From Harriotta raleighana (taxonomy: Eukaryota): a DNA stretch of 64,000 bases. Position 1 is the first letter of the stretch; each line of letters opens with the position of its first letter. The notes beneath the pieces were generated by a model. That model was not told where the DNA came from. It ran no database searches and saw only the letters and a program-made list of their open reading frames with translations. The stretch spans positions 585,877 through 649,876 of the forward strand of contig JBNZDD010013683.1 of the NCBI GenBank assembly GCA_050575255.1, given 5' to 3'. Shown here piece after piece: positions 12,173 to 25,319 of this stretch. Position numbers and translations under genes: made by a program.

Positions 12173-13559
12173 TGAATACAAATAAATTGTTTACTCGCTG
12201 GTGCCGAAATTCCAGTAGCATTGCCAGGTTATTGCAATAGTAATGTCGATTTTAAATGTCTAATTGTTATTTGATGGAGCTGTCAATGTGTCTATGTCTT
12301 TTCAAGTCTTTTTGCTTTCGGTCTATATGTATTTTCTGAAACAATATTCCACTGGAAATGTCCAGTACGGCACATCTCTGTTTAAATCAGAAGGAGCCCA
12401 ATGATTAAAATATTCTCCACACACAATAAAATGTCAAATGATACAACAGCGATAGGGTTTACGGCTCGGGCTTAGGCTAAATGGTGCACATTTGGTGAAA
12501 GGCAGGGTTCCAGAAGTTGATGAGTAGCTAATTATTAATTTCCAATGGCTTAACTGGGTCACTTTATCTCACACTTGGTGTCATTGTATGTATTCATTCT
12601 TCACTGAAAATTTATCTTCTGCTGCAGGCAATGCCATGGCTAAGAGGATGATACCATATGTGCAGGGTGTGCGGTTGTCAGTGCTACATTTAAGCCAGTC
12701 TGCTGATAGCACTTGTACTAAAAAAGATAAATCAAAAATATTAATGTCAGCTCGTATCACTCTGTTGACGAACTCAGTTTCTACACATGGCTCGCAGCCA
12801 TTCCTGCAGTGTTTGTTACTGATAAGCTTTAGTGAAGCTATTAACATAATCAGCTTGGCACTTTGTTCCACGGCTCACTTTCAGCACGACTGACGTGTTT
12901 CCAGCTGATTTATTTTTCTTTAACACAGACTTGACAGGTCACACTCGCCACTGCTGCACGCGAAGATCATAAACTTGACACGAGCTGAATTCCGAATTGC
13001 ATGCAGTGAAGCTCATGTCCCACGCAGCATTGCCCAAGGCGAACAGTACCCACTAATTGAAATCTCGAGAAAATTGTTTCCAGCATTCAAACCACAAGTG
13101 TCCCTCCAGGTAAGGTGCCCAAAAAATGTGTTTTCAACAGTATACAGTGAAGCAAACTATCGTACAGTTATAAGCGTTGTATACTCCCGAAAAACAACTG
13201 TTTCAAATGGCTTTCCATTGTAAGTTGTAGATTTCTGTGTTTTTTCAATGGTGAAATGAGAGTTGACAGTTTTCAAAAAAAAAAAGCCAGATTGTCTCAT
13301 TTCCCCAAAAAGGTAGTTTGGTAAACATGCAATTTTTAATGTTAAACGAGTCATTAATCCCTGATGATAGCAGCATTTAGATTGGATATTAAATGCACAA
13401 GTGAATTTCCTAAAAGCCTTTTTTTTTTACAATCTTGCCCTATGGTTTTTTTTGTACATTCAGGTGTGAATTATAATGCAAATTTCCTTCTTTCAATAAA
13501 GTGTCAACTATCTTTACTCTATTCACATAACATAAGATATGCATGTAGGATTAGATCCA

Positions 13560-13650
13560 CGGCTGAGTTTGGCTGTCTTAGTCACTGTCGAGTTCTGCTG
13601 TGAGAGGTTGCACTACATGAAAGGCGCCATATAAATTCAAGTTGTTGCTG
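13560..13650 (+). mobile_element. L2 3' tail fragment
   Basis: catgaaaggcgccatataaattcaagttgttg. Confidence 0.65.
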
Positions 13651-14344
13651 CTGTATTTTTACTGTGCAGGTGATTGATGTTGCTATTATGGTGGCTGTTC
13701 ACTGCCATTGTGCAGTAGATATGAGGCCAGAGTAGACTGTGCTGCAGCCTCACTCCTGCTATCATCTGGATCAGGTAGGTTCATGAGTCTGTGCAGTGCA
13801 AGTGGAGCAGTTTCAAATTACACTGAACTCTCTCTCATGGTCCGATGAGCACTCTTGATTTGTCTCCTGAAATTGCATTGAACACAGAGAGAAACACATG
13901 TGATGCCATCATTGTAGAGTAATCAACACAGGGAGGTAAAATGAGGGAATCATCTTGTTGTTTTAAGAGAATTCAGAGCCTTTTATATCAAGTCAATCTT
14001 CTTTGAAAGTCATGAGTGAGGGAGCTCTCCCACTGAGATAAGCTGTGCAATTAATAACTGAGCCAGCATCAGAACTTCAACCTTTTGCAAAAATAAAATG
14101 TCTTTTAGTGGGTGATTTCATTCACAGCTTTTCAGTGTGCCTTAATCTCAAAAACAGAGCAGTTTCTATGTGCAATTTGGCATACATATATGGAACTATC
14201 AGTCTAGTTTGGGCACTCTTAAGTACGGTGATGAATTATGGCAAATGTCAGATTTAACAAACATGACAAAGGACACACCACTTCCTTTTCTTATTATTCT
14301 CGTCTTATTTCTTATTGTTTGTTGCTTTCAGTGGTATTTATAAC

Positions 14345-14465
14345 AATTTCGGCCACAAAATATGCAGTCGATTCACTTTACGGTCTATACTGTGAAACGC
14401 TTTGAGACATCTCAACGATGTGATCAGGCGCTATGTCAAATGTGAGGATTATCATTATAATTATG
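14345..14465 (+). mobile_element. SINE 3' fragment
   Basis: cacaaaatatgcagtcgattcactttac...ggcgctatgtcaaatgtgaggattatcatt. Confidence 0.85.
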
Positions 14466-15279
14466 ATTGTATTTCTGTTCAACATTGCAGCAACTTTACA
14501 GTTACTGGAAGTGATGGGTTGCATTGTAATGGAAAGATGGTGCACGCAGGTTGTAGCGGTAGCAATGAGTTAACATTGAAAAAGGTTTTGTCAAAGCAGC
14601 CAATAGAAGAGACTTGCTTTTCAGTCGGATCACCCTGGTTTTAAACCACACAGCTGTGATCTTGGGGATCACAGCAAGCTCCCAGCATATCCTCCCTTAA
14701 TGCTTATTTTATGAGAAAACAAATGTCATAATTTAATTTGAAAGTTCATATGACAAATTATGCATAGAATCCACACACAATGCTTACCCTTTGATCTTGT
14801 ATTACCCCGGTCACTTAAGCTTATTAAAATGCCAATATTGTCTCCATGGAAACATATTAACATTCTTATCAGCAAACTCGTAGCCCCAATCTCAGCGCCA
14901 CTAACAAGGTCTGATATCTGCTGCTGGTTTAGGAGATGGTAGGCAATATACGGTGATGATTAAATTTTGATACGTTAGCATACAGACACATCAGGAAACA
15001 ATTAAACTTAAAACAAGTAAAATTATCTTGCTCTAATTCTTAAACCTACTATGCGGAGGTGTTATTTATTCATAATTCTAAGACCAATATGGCTCAATTA
15101 TTTTTCACTTTCTCCGAAGTTTACTTGCAAAATACACATTCACTACACAGTGATTTGAGATGTCTTTCTGATATGAAAGATGCTAAGTCAAATGCAAGGA
15201 TTAACCTCAGCCCTCTAAATTGTTGGGGGAGCTGGTGAGTAATACAATACAGATGCAATATTTTGCATATACCAAGGCA

Positions 15280-15490
15280 GTACAAAGGGTGATTGCAAGA
15301 AACAGACCACAAAGTATTTCTTTACCCAGATACTAATTAACGACTGGAACAAGTTATCAGCAAAGGGTGGTTGAGGCCTGGACTCATTTAAAGAACAGCT
15401 GATGCTGTGATGGGGAGATAGTATGTTGGGTATTCTGAGAAGATGAAATCAAGCAAGCTGATGAACCTTCTTTATCCAAACCAATCTTGT
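15280..15490 (+). mobile_element. CR1 LINE 3' end, degraded
   Basis: tatttctttacccagatactaattaacgactggaacaagttatcagcaaagggtggttgaggc (FFTQ..NDWN.L...VVEA motif); similar to 3050-3340 and 62215-62490. Confidence 0.75.
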
Positions 15491-16334
15491 CATATGTCTA
15501 CCCACAATCTATTCATCTGATTAGTCATCAGGAGCATTTTAACTCTGGGCAAGTTGATCTGCATTGGTGTTTTCTTTCCTCCAAACGAGAGTATGAACGA
15601 ATTAGGCATCTCTACTGCAATACAGCACAAAGTCAGCAAAATATGGAGATACTAAAATGCTAAATAGGCTGAAAGTGACATCAAGGTATGTTTGCCCCTT
15701 GGCTGCAGACATAATAACTCTGAGGTATGGCTTGATATTGTCATGAAAATCTGAATGATCTCTAAGAAAATTCAATTTAACAGCATCGCTGTGCATGTGT
15801 TAGCTTTAATATAAATCTATCTGATACATGTGTGCATTGCATATTCACGGAAGTGCATGTATTTTTAAAAAATCACTTTTAAGAAATCTATGTACCTGTA
15901 CATTCTAACTTAACTCTGTGTTGCGTCACGTCCTCAATTCAGTCCAGAAAGCATAGGATGCATTATGGGTTGACCTGATTGCAAAAAGAATATGCTAATA
16001 TACTTGGAGAAAGAGATTAAATAGCATACAGAGCAATAACATTTGGAGCATGAAGAAGAGGCATGGGCTGTGAATAGTCTTCATAAAAACAAAGCAATAT
16101 CCTAGGCTAAAGAGCTGAGGTGCAGGGCTGGGGCAATAATAATCAGACAACCTGAACACGTAGCAGATTTTGTCATGAACATAACTGTTGAATTATTTCC
16201 ATGGTGTTAGCCTCAATAGTAATATTTGAGATATCACCTTGTTACATCATCAAGACAACAAGAAACAAATTATATTTACATTTGTTTTTACATTTTCAAA
16301 GTCGGACACTTTGACATTTTTGTTTTTTACATTT

Positions 16335-16720
16335 GACGTCTCAACGCCCTTCAGAGGATATTTTGGATAGAGGATAAATTGCGTATTCTGAGGGTGAAAT
16401 GTGGCAGCTCATTTGTACAAAACTAAATCCCACAAAAAAACACCTTGTAAATTTACCTATTTTATGTGCACTATTACTGGCCAGAACACTGGGAGAAACA
16501 CCCTTCACTTTTTTCAAATAACATCATGGGATCTTTAACGTTTGCCTGAACAGGCAGTTTAACATCTCATCTGAAGGGAGGGACCTCTTAAAATGCAACA
16601 CAGCCCCAATGCTGCGTTGGAGTTTTAACTTAGATAGTATAATTCCAAATGCCGACATGGACCTTGAACTTACAACTGACTGAGTTAGGGGCGAGAGTGC
16701 TACCACTGAGCCAGGCTGAC
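16335..16720 (-). mobile_element. Deu-domain SINE (SacSINE1-like)
   Basis: catgggatctttaacgtttgcctgaacaggcagtttaacatctcatctgaag is the reverse complement of the Deu domain; head at 16680-16720. Confidence 0.85.
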
Positions 16721-17278
16721 GTTTGCTTTATTATGATCACCAGTTATTACAGAGTTAATTCTAGTTTTTAAAGTTCATGTAACTTCGTGGTGTATCAGTT
16801 ATACACAAAATAATATTGACTTTTGTAGACTGTTTATTCATGCCATTTTGGAGATTAGATTCAAATCAATAAAGAGCAGTGGAACCAAAAGGGTTTGAAA
16901 GTATTTCAAGATTAACATTTTGGGAGAGATGGAGAAATATCCTTTGTTACTGATGTAAGGGACAGTTTTCTTTTCACGTACAGACAAAGCGGCACATAAA
17001 CACCTTCAAATTGTGTTTGACATGAAAGGCCGCCTCCCATCAGTTGCAGGTTTTACCTTTTAAGTTCTTCATTCACTTGCTGATATATTTTATCTGGCCA
17101 CAACACACCTGCAAATGATTCTCAATGGGATTTAAAGCTCTGCTGAAGAAAAATACCTACAGAATATTTACTTGAAAGATCACTTTGCAGACTGCAAGCA
17201 AAGCTTGGTGAAGCAAAATACATTTCTGGTTATCCGGGAATCAGTTGGTGACAGACAGGTGCAAATATAAATGTTGAT

Positions 17279-17600
17279 GACAGCCTGGCTCATCATTTAA
17301 CAGCTCTCTCACCTCTGAGTCCAAATGTAGTGGGGTCAAGGCCCATTGTCAGGTCTTGGAACTCACATTCAATGCATTGCACTGGCAGAAGTGCAGGCTC
17401 TCGAATGAGACTTTAAACCAGGGTAAAATTAGTCATTCACTTCATGGCTGTTTGCAGGACAATGTTGTGCACAGATTTGCTGCTTGGCTTGCTTACAAAT
17501 GGAGTCGCTGTAGTTGACACTAAAAAAAAATCCTGTGAAGTACTTTGAGACGTCCTCCCAATGTGAAACGCACTGAATCAAATTGAGGGAATTATTATTA
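17279..17600 (+). mobile_element. Deu-domain SINE with internal deletion
   Basis: cagcctggctca...cacctctgagtcc head; gaatgagactttaaaccagg; gctgtttgcaggacaatgttgtgcacagatttgctgc; tail. Confidence 0.8.
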
Positions 17601-18844
17601 TTTATTGTTATTTCATCGTTATCAAATCCAGCATGGTAAAAGTGGGATTGGTTCAATTAAAACTTCTTGAAGTATCTGACACCAGATCTGACTGTGAGTC
17701 ATGTTGTGGAAGCTTCAGGGTGAAGCAGATTCTCAATTTGTTAAATAAATATTAATCTTCTCGTGGGGCACCTGGAAGGTCAATTCAATATTTTGACAGC
17801 GTAGGTTTAGGTGATTAATTCCAGATGAGCTAATCTAAAATAAAGAGATTGGGAAGAATCAAATGTGCGTTAAGTAAAGAGATGCTCAATTCTACCACAT
17901 TGTGGATTCTGTGGTAGAAAAATGTAAGTCTATAAAATCTATATAATTTAGTAATTTATTTGATGTTCCCTTAAATTTTTACAGCCTAACAATTCAACAA
18001 CTCACTTCATGAGTAAGGAGTGAATTGGGTCCTCAGAGCAACACTTAAGGTAAAGTTTGGGACTTCTATATTACACATCTTAAGTTAATGAAATGCCACT
18101 AAATTTCCTCCAGTGTTTTGGGGAACAAAGCAAAGTCTGGGCTTCTATTCATGTCATGTAATAAATGGGACCGGCCCTAAATGTACTTGCATTAAATTTT
18201 ATGTTAAGGAATATATTATGATACTACTATATTAATATTATTATTTGTTCAAAGTCCTTCAAATGCATCTTAAAAAAACATTGTTATAATCATAGTTCAC
18301 CCCACCTCTTTCCCGCCCATGAACCCACTCATTCATGTGTTCAAGCTAAGTGAGTCAAACAACCTTCATTTTAGTTGATCAATATTACGGTATATTTTAA
18401 CAACTCTTGTTTCCAGATCATAATAGCCATTTAGCTGAGGACAAGCGAGACTTGCTACTACTTGTATTGGAAAGATTTATTACACAGGATATAATAATTG
18501 ATAGTTCTGGCATAGATGTCTGCAGTTTTAAGGAATGTGTTAATTTATTTTTCTCACGAAGGAATGTTTAGGAAACGGACCAGTGTTATAATTATATTAA
18601 TAGTGGTGTTCTAGAGAGGAGGAGTGGCATCTTGTTACCTTGATTAGTTAAATTGCTCTGGAGTTTAACAAAGGTTAAGCGGATGAATAAGAGCACTAAA
18701 AACAGCTTTGCCAAGTATCTTTCATCGTTATTGAACCCATATTGGGATAAACTATTTTTGAAACCAGCAGCTCCACTTTGTACATAGGCTGGTAATTGTT
18801 CCAAGTCCTCACTGTCAATTCTTGCATTTGCTAACCACTGTCTG

Positions 18845-19107
18845 GAAGACCTGATAAGGCGCTATCTCAAATGCAAGGATTATTATTATTATTATTTTTA
18901 TTACTATTACTGTCCACACGTCCCTGCTCCCTCTTAGCTTCACAAAGCACTTTGGGATGTCCTCCCAGCATGAAGGGTGCTATATAAATGTGAATTGTTG
19001 TGTTGTATCCCAACCTTCTGCATGGGATACTATCACTGTCTGTCCAGCGTCTTGGGATGTCCTCCCGATCTAAAAGTCGCAGAACAAATGTAATTTGTTG
19101 TTGTTGT
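18845..19107 (+). mobile_element. Three stacked SINE/L2 3' tails
   Basis: ggcgctatctcaaatgcaaggattattatt, then gcactttgggatgtcctcccagcatgaagggtgctatataaat, then gcgtcttgggatgtcctcccgatctaaaagtcgc...ttgttgttg. Confidence 0.85.
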
Positions 19108-20069
19108 AATGTATTAAGTATTGTGCTGGTGAATAGCAACTGGATCTTTTCACCATGAAATGGAGTGTGTTTGTACATGGGCCAATTTAACTGAATATTC
19201 GAATATATTAATTTTAATGGTATGGGAGGGTGGTGGGAATCAAAATTCCAAAATGTAAAACATTAGTACTACGAATAAAATGACTAATCTGTGAAATCCA
19301 CTCAAATTTTGTTTAAAAATCTTAGAAGAGATGTAAAACTGATTTCGACACAAAGTTAAATGTTAAGTATTGCAAGCAGAATTCAATGTAAATTAGACGG
19401 TCCAAGGCAATAAAGCTTTTTCTTTCAAAGAACAGAACTACATAGTTGTGAGTTTGAGAATTAAGCCGTGATTTATGAAGGGATAGGAAATGTCACACTT
19501 TATGATTCCTCCAATAGGAGTTATTTTTGGATAATGTTTTTTTTCGAATGAAATGGGTATTTGTGCAACAGCAATGTACTTGAAGATACCAGAGAGACTA
19601 TTTTCCGACGGTTCCGCAATTTCCTCTTGTAGGACATTATGAAGAATTAACTGGGAACAGTTCCATGATCAGGATGGTGTGTGTGCGCACTGAATGACAT
19701 AATGAATGCCTTGGCCTTGAATCAATACACAGGTCAGAGGCTGATGATGAATTTAAACTGATTGTATGAAACATTTATGCCAAGTACGTACCATACAGCT
19801 GGCAATTATTCATCTTATTCTGAGTACTGCATTGCTGAAATGCCTTTCAATTGCAGTACTGTTTTATGCTAACAGATGTCAGCAGTACTTTAGTTGAATC
19901 AGATTCAGTACAATAGGTTCATATTCAGATCAGTCGGTCATACCCGTTTCCCGTTTTCTGCTTGTAGCAGTTTGTGTCGTTTAAAATAATGCTAAGTTAT
20001 TCATTAGTGAACATTAATAGACGTGTGTGCAATCAGACCACTTTAGAGCAAATTAAATTGGTTTAAGTG

Positions 20070-20280
20070 TTCTTACTCCAAATGCCTAATAACAATCTGT
20101 CCAAAAAAAAACCCACAAAAAATAAAAATTGGTCATCTTCAATCCACAACTGTTTGTGGGACACTGTTGTGCAGAAATATACAGTCAATTCACTTTACAG
20201 TATATTCTGTGAAGCACTTTGCGACATCAATAAAATGTGAAAAGCGCTATATCAAATGCCAGGATTATTATTAATATTAT
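20070..20280 (+). mobile_element. 5'-truncated SINE
   Basis: cttactccaaatgcctaataac...gtttgtgggacactgttgtgc...aaaagcgctatatcaaatgccaggattattatt. Confidence 0.9.
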
Positions 20281-21103
20281 TCTTGTATAGTTTCTGGTTT
20301 CCCTACATATTATTTCTGCATACACCCGCATACAACTCTTCTGATCCTTTTTAAAAAAACTCATGTACATTAACTTTAGCGCAGATGGGGAATTGTATTA
20401 TTGGACATGCACTGTTTAACGTCAACAACTTATGTTTATGTAGCGCTCTTCACAAGGGCTAGTATCTGTGTGGTTTAACACATGCGGACTTGGTTATTTA
20501 AGGCTACTAACCTCCGACACCTCGACTCAGCCACCAAACTACTGGCCTGAGTTTAGCGCATCCTTTTGACAGGCATAGAGACCTATGAATTGAATCCACT
20601 ATGCATCCATGTATCTCTTCTGTGTCCTACTCCTATCCAGGCTGTGCATGTCCCTGGTAATCTTTGCATTCTGACCTCCCATCTACTTCCTTGCTTCTGT
20701 CTCTGCCATCTATCTCATGGCTGTAGGGAGATGAACCCTTGCACAATTTCTCACAATCACATACTGTTCATACCCCCCAACTAATCCGTTTATCCATTCT
20801 CCATGTATTCACCCTCTAGCATCTTCTCTGTAACAGATGAACCATTTGTTCCTCATTTTTACTTCTGCCCTGATCCCACCAGTTATATTAATGCCATTCT
20901 CAGAACATAGTACAGTATTTATATTACATTCATAGCCCATAGCCCATACCAATTACATATTATGTATACATTATATTTTATTTGCACTAAATATTAAAAT
21001 CCTCAGCTATTAAGGAATGTGTCTGTGGATTATACTACTACTTGTCATTTCCATATGATTGCCCTGTGCGTTTAATCTTTCTCTATGTTTAACTTATCAT
21101 CTA

Positions 21104-21725
21104 CATCACACCAAGGCTCGACTTTGAAAACTCCCTCCTAGTCGGCCTTCCTGGCTCTTCCCTTCATAAGCTGCAGATCGTCCAGAACTCTGCAGCTCGT
21201 ATCCTCTCCCGCATCAAGCTCCGTGAACACTTCACTCCCACCCTCGCCCGGCTCCATTGGCTCTCCGTCCCCCAGAGGATCAAATTCAAGATCCTTGTCC
21301 TCACTTTCAAGGCCATTCATGGCCTTGCCCCTTCCTACCTCTCCGACCTGCTGTCTCCCTATGAACCTGCCCGTCCCCTCCGTTCAGTGGGCTCTGGTCT
21401 TCTCCATGTCGCCCGCCCAACCCCTGCCATCAGTGGATGGGCTTTCAGCCTCTCTGCCCCATACTCTGGAACTCCATCGCACAGGCCCTTTGCCTTGCTT
21501 CCTCCCTTGCCTCCTTCAAAACCGGTCTCAAGTCTCTCCTCTTTGATCATGCCTTCTGCTGCCCTCCCAACCCTCTCCCTCCACTCCTAACTCTCTCCCT
21601 CCTCTCCCCTCACCCCTACCCTTCCCCTCCCCCTTGCTTGGGTCCCAACCTGACTGTTCGGTGCCTTGGGATAACCTCTCGACGTGAAAGGCGCTCTATA
21701 AATTTAATTTTGTTTGTTGTTGTTG
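21104..21725 (+). mobile_element. L2 LINE 3' portion (ORF2 C-terminus, 3' UTR, (TTG)n)
   Basis: Translates to RLDFENSLLVGLP...LQIVQNSAARIL...LHWLSVPQRIKFKILVLTFKAIHGLAPSYLSDLL; ends gacgtgaaaggcgctctataaatttaattttgtttgttgttg. Confidence 0.95.
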
Positions 21726-21874
21726 TACATTCCTAAATATTCATTGCAATAAAAGATTTGGTAACACTTTTACTCTATCACATAAATCACAAATCTGCAT
21801 AAGATTCTGCTCAGGATCTGCATTTCGATTATACAACAATTTGAATTTATATATATAATGTTTAGGAGTGCTTC

Positions 21875-22920
21875 AATCAATCAATCAATCAAAATTTTAT
21901 TTATATAGCGCCTTTCACGTCGGGAGGACGTCCCAAAGCGCTGTACAGCCAAGTAGGGGGGGGGGGGGNNNNNNNNNNNNNNNNNNNNNNNNNNNNNNNN
22001 NNNNNNNNNNNNNNNNNNNNNNNNNNNNNNNNNNNNNNNNNNNNNNNNNNNNNNNNNNNNNNNNNNNNNNNNNNNNNNNNNNNNNNNNNNNNNNNNNNNN
22101 NNNNNNNNNNNNNNNNNNNNNNNNNNNNNNNNNNNNNNNNNNNNNNNNNNNNNNNNNNNNNNNNNNNNNNNNNNNNNNNNNNNNNNNNNNNNNNNNNNNN
22201 NNNNNNNNNNNNNNNNNNNNNNNNNNNNNNNNNNNNNNNNNNNNNNNNNNNNNNNNNNNNNNNNNNNNNNNNNNNNNNNNNNNNNNNNNNNNNNNNNNNN
22301 NNNNNNNNNNNNNNNNNNNNNNNNNNNNNNNNNNNNNNNNNNNNNNNNNNNNNNNNNNNNNNNNNNNNNNNNNNNNNNNNNNNNNNNNNNNNNNNNNNNN
22401 NNNNNNNNNNNNNNNNNNNNNNNNNNNNNNNNNNNNNNNNNNNNNNNNNNNNNNNNNNNNNNNNNNNNNNNNNNNNNNNNNNNNNNNNNNNNNNNNNNNN
22501 NNNNNNNNNNNNNNNNNNNNNNNNNNNNNNNNNNNNNNNNNNNNNNNNNNNNNNNNNNNNNNNNNNNNNNNNNNNNNNNNNNNNNNNNNNNNNNNNNNNN
22601 NNNNNNNNNNNNNNNNNNNNNNNNNNNNNNNNNNNNNNNNNNNNNNNNNNNNNNNNNNNNNNNNNNNNNNNNNNNNNNNNNNNNNNNNNNNNNNNNNNNN
22701 NNNNNNNNNNNNNNNNNNNNNNNNNNNNNNNNNNNNNNNNNNNNNNNNNNNNNNNNNNNNNNNNNNNNNNNNNNNNNNNNNNNNNNNNNNNNNNNNNNNN
22801 NNNNNNNNNNNNNNNNNNNNNNNNNNNNNNNNNNNNNNNNNNNNNNNNNNNNNGGGGGGGGGGGGGGGGGGGGGGGGGAGGGCTCAGGGAAAGGAGTAGG
22901 AAAAATTGACTGTATATTCA
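21875..22920 (-). mobile_element. SINE with L2-type tail spanning the assembly gap
   Basis: Left flank is (caat)n plus tatatagcgcctttcacgtcgggaggacgtccc; right flank is gagggctcagggaaaggagtaggaaaaattgactgtatatt; same structure as 4500-4680. Confidence 0.85.
21969..22853. other. Assembly gap (885 N) flanked by poly-G
   Basis: N run read directly. Confidence 1.
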
Positions 22921-24799
22921 TACAGGATTACTAATGCTATGATAATGTGATCACTACACCTGACATTAAGTACACTATTTCAAATGCAAGGATTATTGTT
23001 AATTATTGTTGGAATTTAAATTAATTTCATGCAACAGGTACTAATAAATGCAACATTTTAATACTGTTTTGATATAATTTGTGTTGTATTTTTAATACAC
23101 AAATTACATTAGTTACATCTGATATATTAATTGAATGTGATTCATGTTATATTCATAGTGCGGTCAATTCATTATGTTAATAAGTTGTAGTTATCAATCA
23201 TTTTTCTACGGTATGGTTGTCATTCATGAGGCTAAGATCTTTTAGTTATATCATTGAAGCAGATTTCCAAATTATTGACTTAAAATAATTGTATTGCTAA
23301 CGCATGATCTTGAAGATAATTCCACAGTGTAATTGCAATTAAACGCTCTCCGTGCAGCAGTTTTACAATATATAAAATAATTATACCTGCTTCATATCTC
23401 GGTAGATGTTTTATTGCTAGTTTGTGTGCCCTGCTATCAGCTGTGTGGAGATAATAGAGAGGAGAATGTAAAATAGGTATTGCAGACAGAACCACTTAAG
23501 GTTGGATGCTTTTTTTGGTTATCACAAGAATTATCCATTAATTCCATCTCAATATCATCTCATCACTGTTGGTGCCATATGGACCAAGGTTAATATGTGC
23601 TCGTCTTTTTCTCTCGTGTCTTTCCATTCTGTCCCGGTGATCCACACCAATACGGATACTTGCAGAACCTTTGCGAGTTTCTTAGTGGTACGTTTCTTAA
23701 TTCATGTTAAACCCCTTCTGTGTGAGAAACAACAAGAAATGATCATCAGGCTCACTGTGAGAAGATTTGAATGGCTGATATAGATTTTGTGGATGATATG
23801 AACAAATCCAAATATTTGCCCTGTGTATACAGGTAGCCCCTGAGGATGTCTTTAAAGGGCAGGTAGATGAGCATCAACGAGAAACAAGAGATGAAACCAG
23901 AATCTGTCAAAATATCTCCCTTAGGCGATCGTGGGTTAATAAAGGGGAAACCTGTAACAAAATCCTATTAACTTTTATGCATTTTTTTTGCAGTTAGTTT
24001 GAGGAGCCATAATCAGGAGACATTTGCCTCTGGTTTAATCTTAACTTTTTCTGAAGATTAAACTCCTATTTTTCTATATTTTTTAAAAAATCTTTCAAAA
24101 AATATCTTAGCAGTCTGCGAGAGATTGAGAAGCGATAGCGTGTGGATAGCTCTCAGCACTGTGGTCTGGTGGGCACCTTGCCAATTCTTCAGCTTAGCTG
24201 GAGATTTGAAAGCATCACAGGCTGGAGTTATTGTGCCTTCAGCTCCCATTCATTCGGTCTGTTCGTACTGCAGTCTCGATTCTCATTAAAACCTGATTCT
24301 CCTTTGACGGATAAGCATCAGCAGTTCTCAATTGGACTCACAGGATGGAAAACCGAAGCCATCATACTCATCGAGGAAGGAAACACAAGCAGCAGCCCCC
24401 ACAGAACACACATGTTCCAGTGATTCTTGGAAATGCCTGTAGCTAAGACCATGCTCTTTAACCATACACTGTAAAAGGCTTTCATCATGAGCAGCGCTAA
24501 ATGAAATATAACATGCTACTCTGCTCCTATGTTTCTGCAAGTCAGTTTTTATGTTTTTTTTATTTAAGAGACTTCTCACTCTCTTTGCCCTTTCAGCCAA
24601 GAAATAAATAAGAAATTCAGGATTCTTGTCTTTTTTTAGGACTGCTGCTTCAGTGACTCATTCGATGGAAGATACGATTGTTGGCAAGATGGTCAATGTC
24701 AGTTTTCTCTCCCTAATCACCCACAGACACACACACACACACAAATCTATTATGATATCGTACCATGCTATCTTGCTGCCTGGCTGAAGATTTCCGTTA

Positions 24800-25025
24800 T
24801 AATATTAGTCCTTGCATTTGATATAGTAGCACTTTGCACGTCTTCTAGGCGCCTCAAAGCACTTCACAGAATATACTGAATTGACTGTACAGAATTGATT
24901 GTGCAGTATATTTGTGCGCGACACATAGCATCCAGTTGCACTCAACAGTGTCCCACAAACAGCCGTGGATTGAAATGACCAATTTTTTAAGTGATTATTA
25001 TTAGGCTTGTGGAGTAAGGAAACTA
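24800..25025 (-). mobile_element. SINE, head lost
   Basis: ccttgcatttgatatag...cagtgtcccacaaacagccgtggattgaaatgacc...ggcttgtggagtaaggaaac. Confidence 0.9.
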
Positions 25026-25319
25026 TAGGTAACTTAACTGGAACCATGGCAATTGTGTTTGAATGACTTCCTCCATTCAAGCTTTGCGATTCGGCCATTC
25101 GCCAAGAGATGTTACATTATTTGTTCATAATTCAGAATTTGGGGGAAATAACCAATTGAGCTTTATGCAATTCAACTATGCTCTGACAATCATGTCTTCC
25201 TTTGGTTTTGCATTAATTAATTGTCAGAAAAGCATTCGAGCATTCTTGAGCTGAATCCCTGAAAAGAAACAGGAGTTTGGGAAAATTAGGAGTTATGATT
25301 TAGATTGATACAGTGAGTT

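Noticed and set aside
17892-17919. Small hairpin tctaccaca/tgtggtaga
   Set aside because: Too short for a pre-miRNA and no known mature miRNA recognised.
21868-22921. 343-aa and 346-aa ORFs
   Set aside because: Produced by translating through the N gap.
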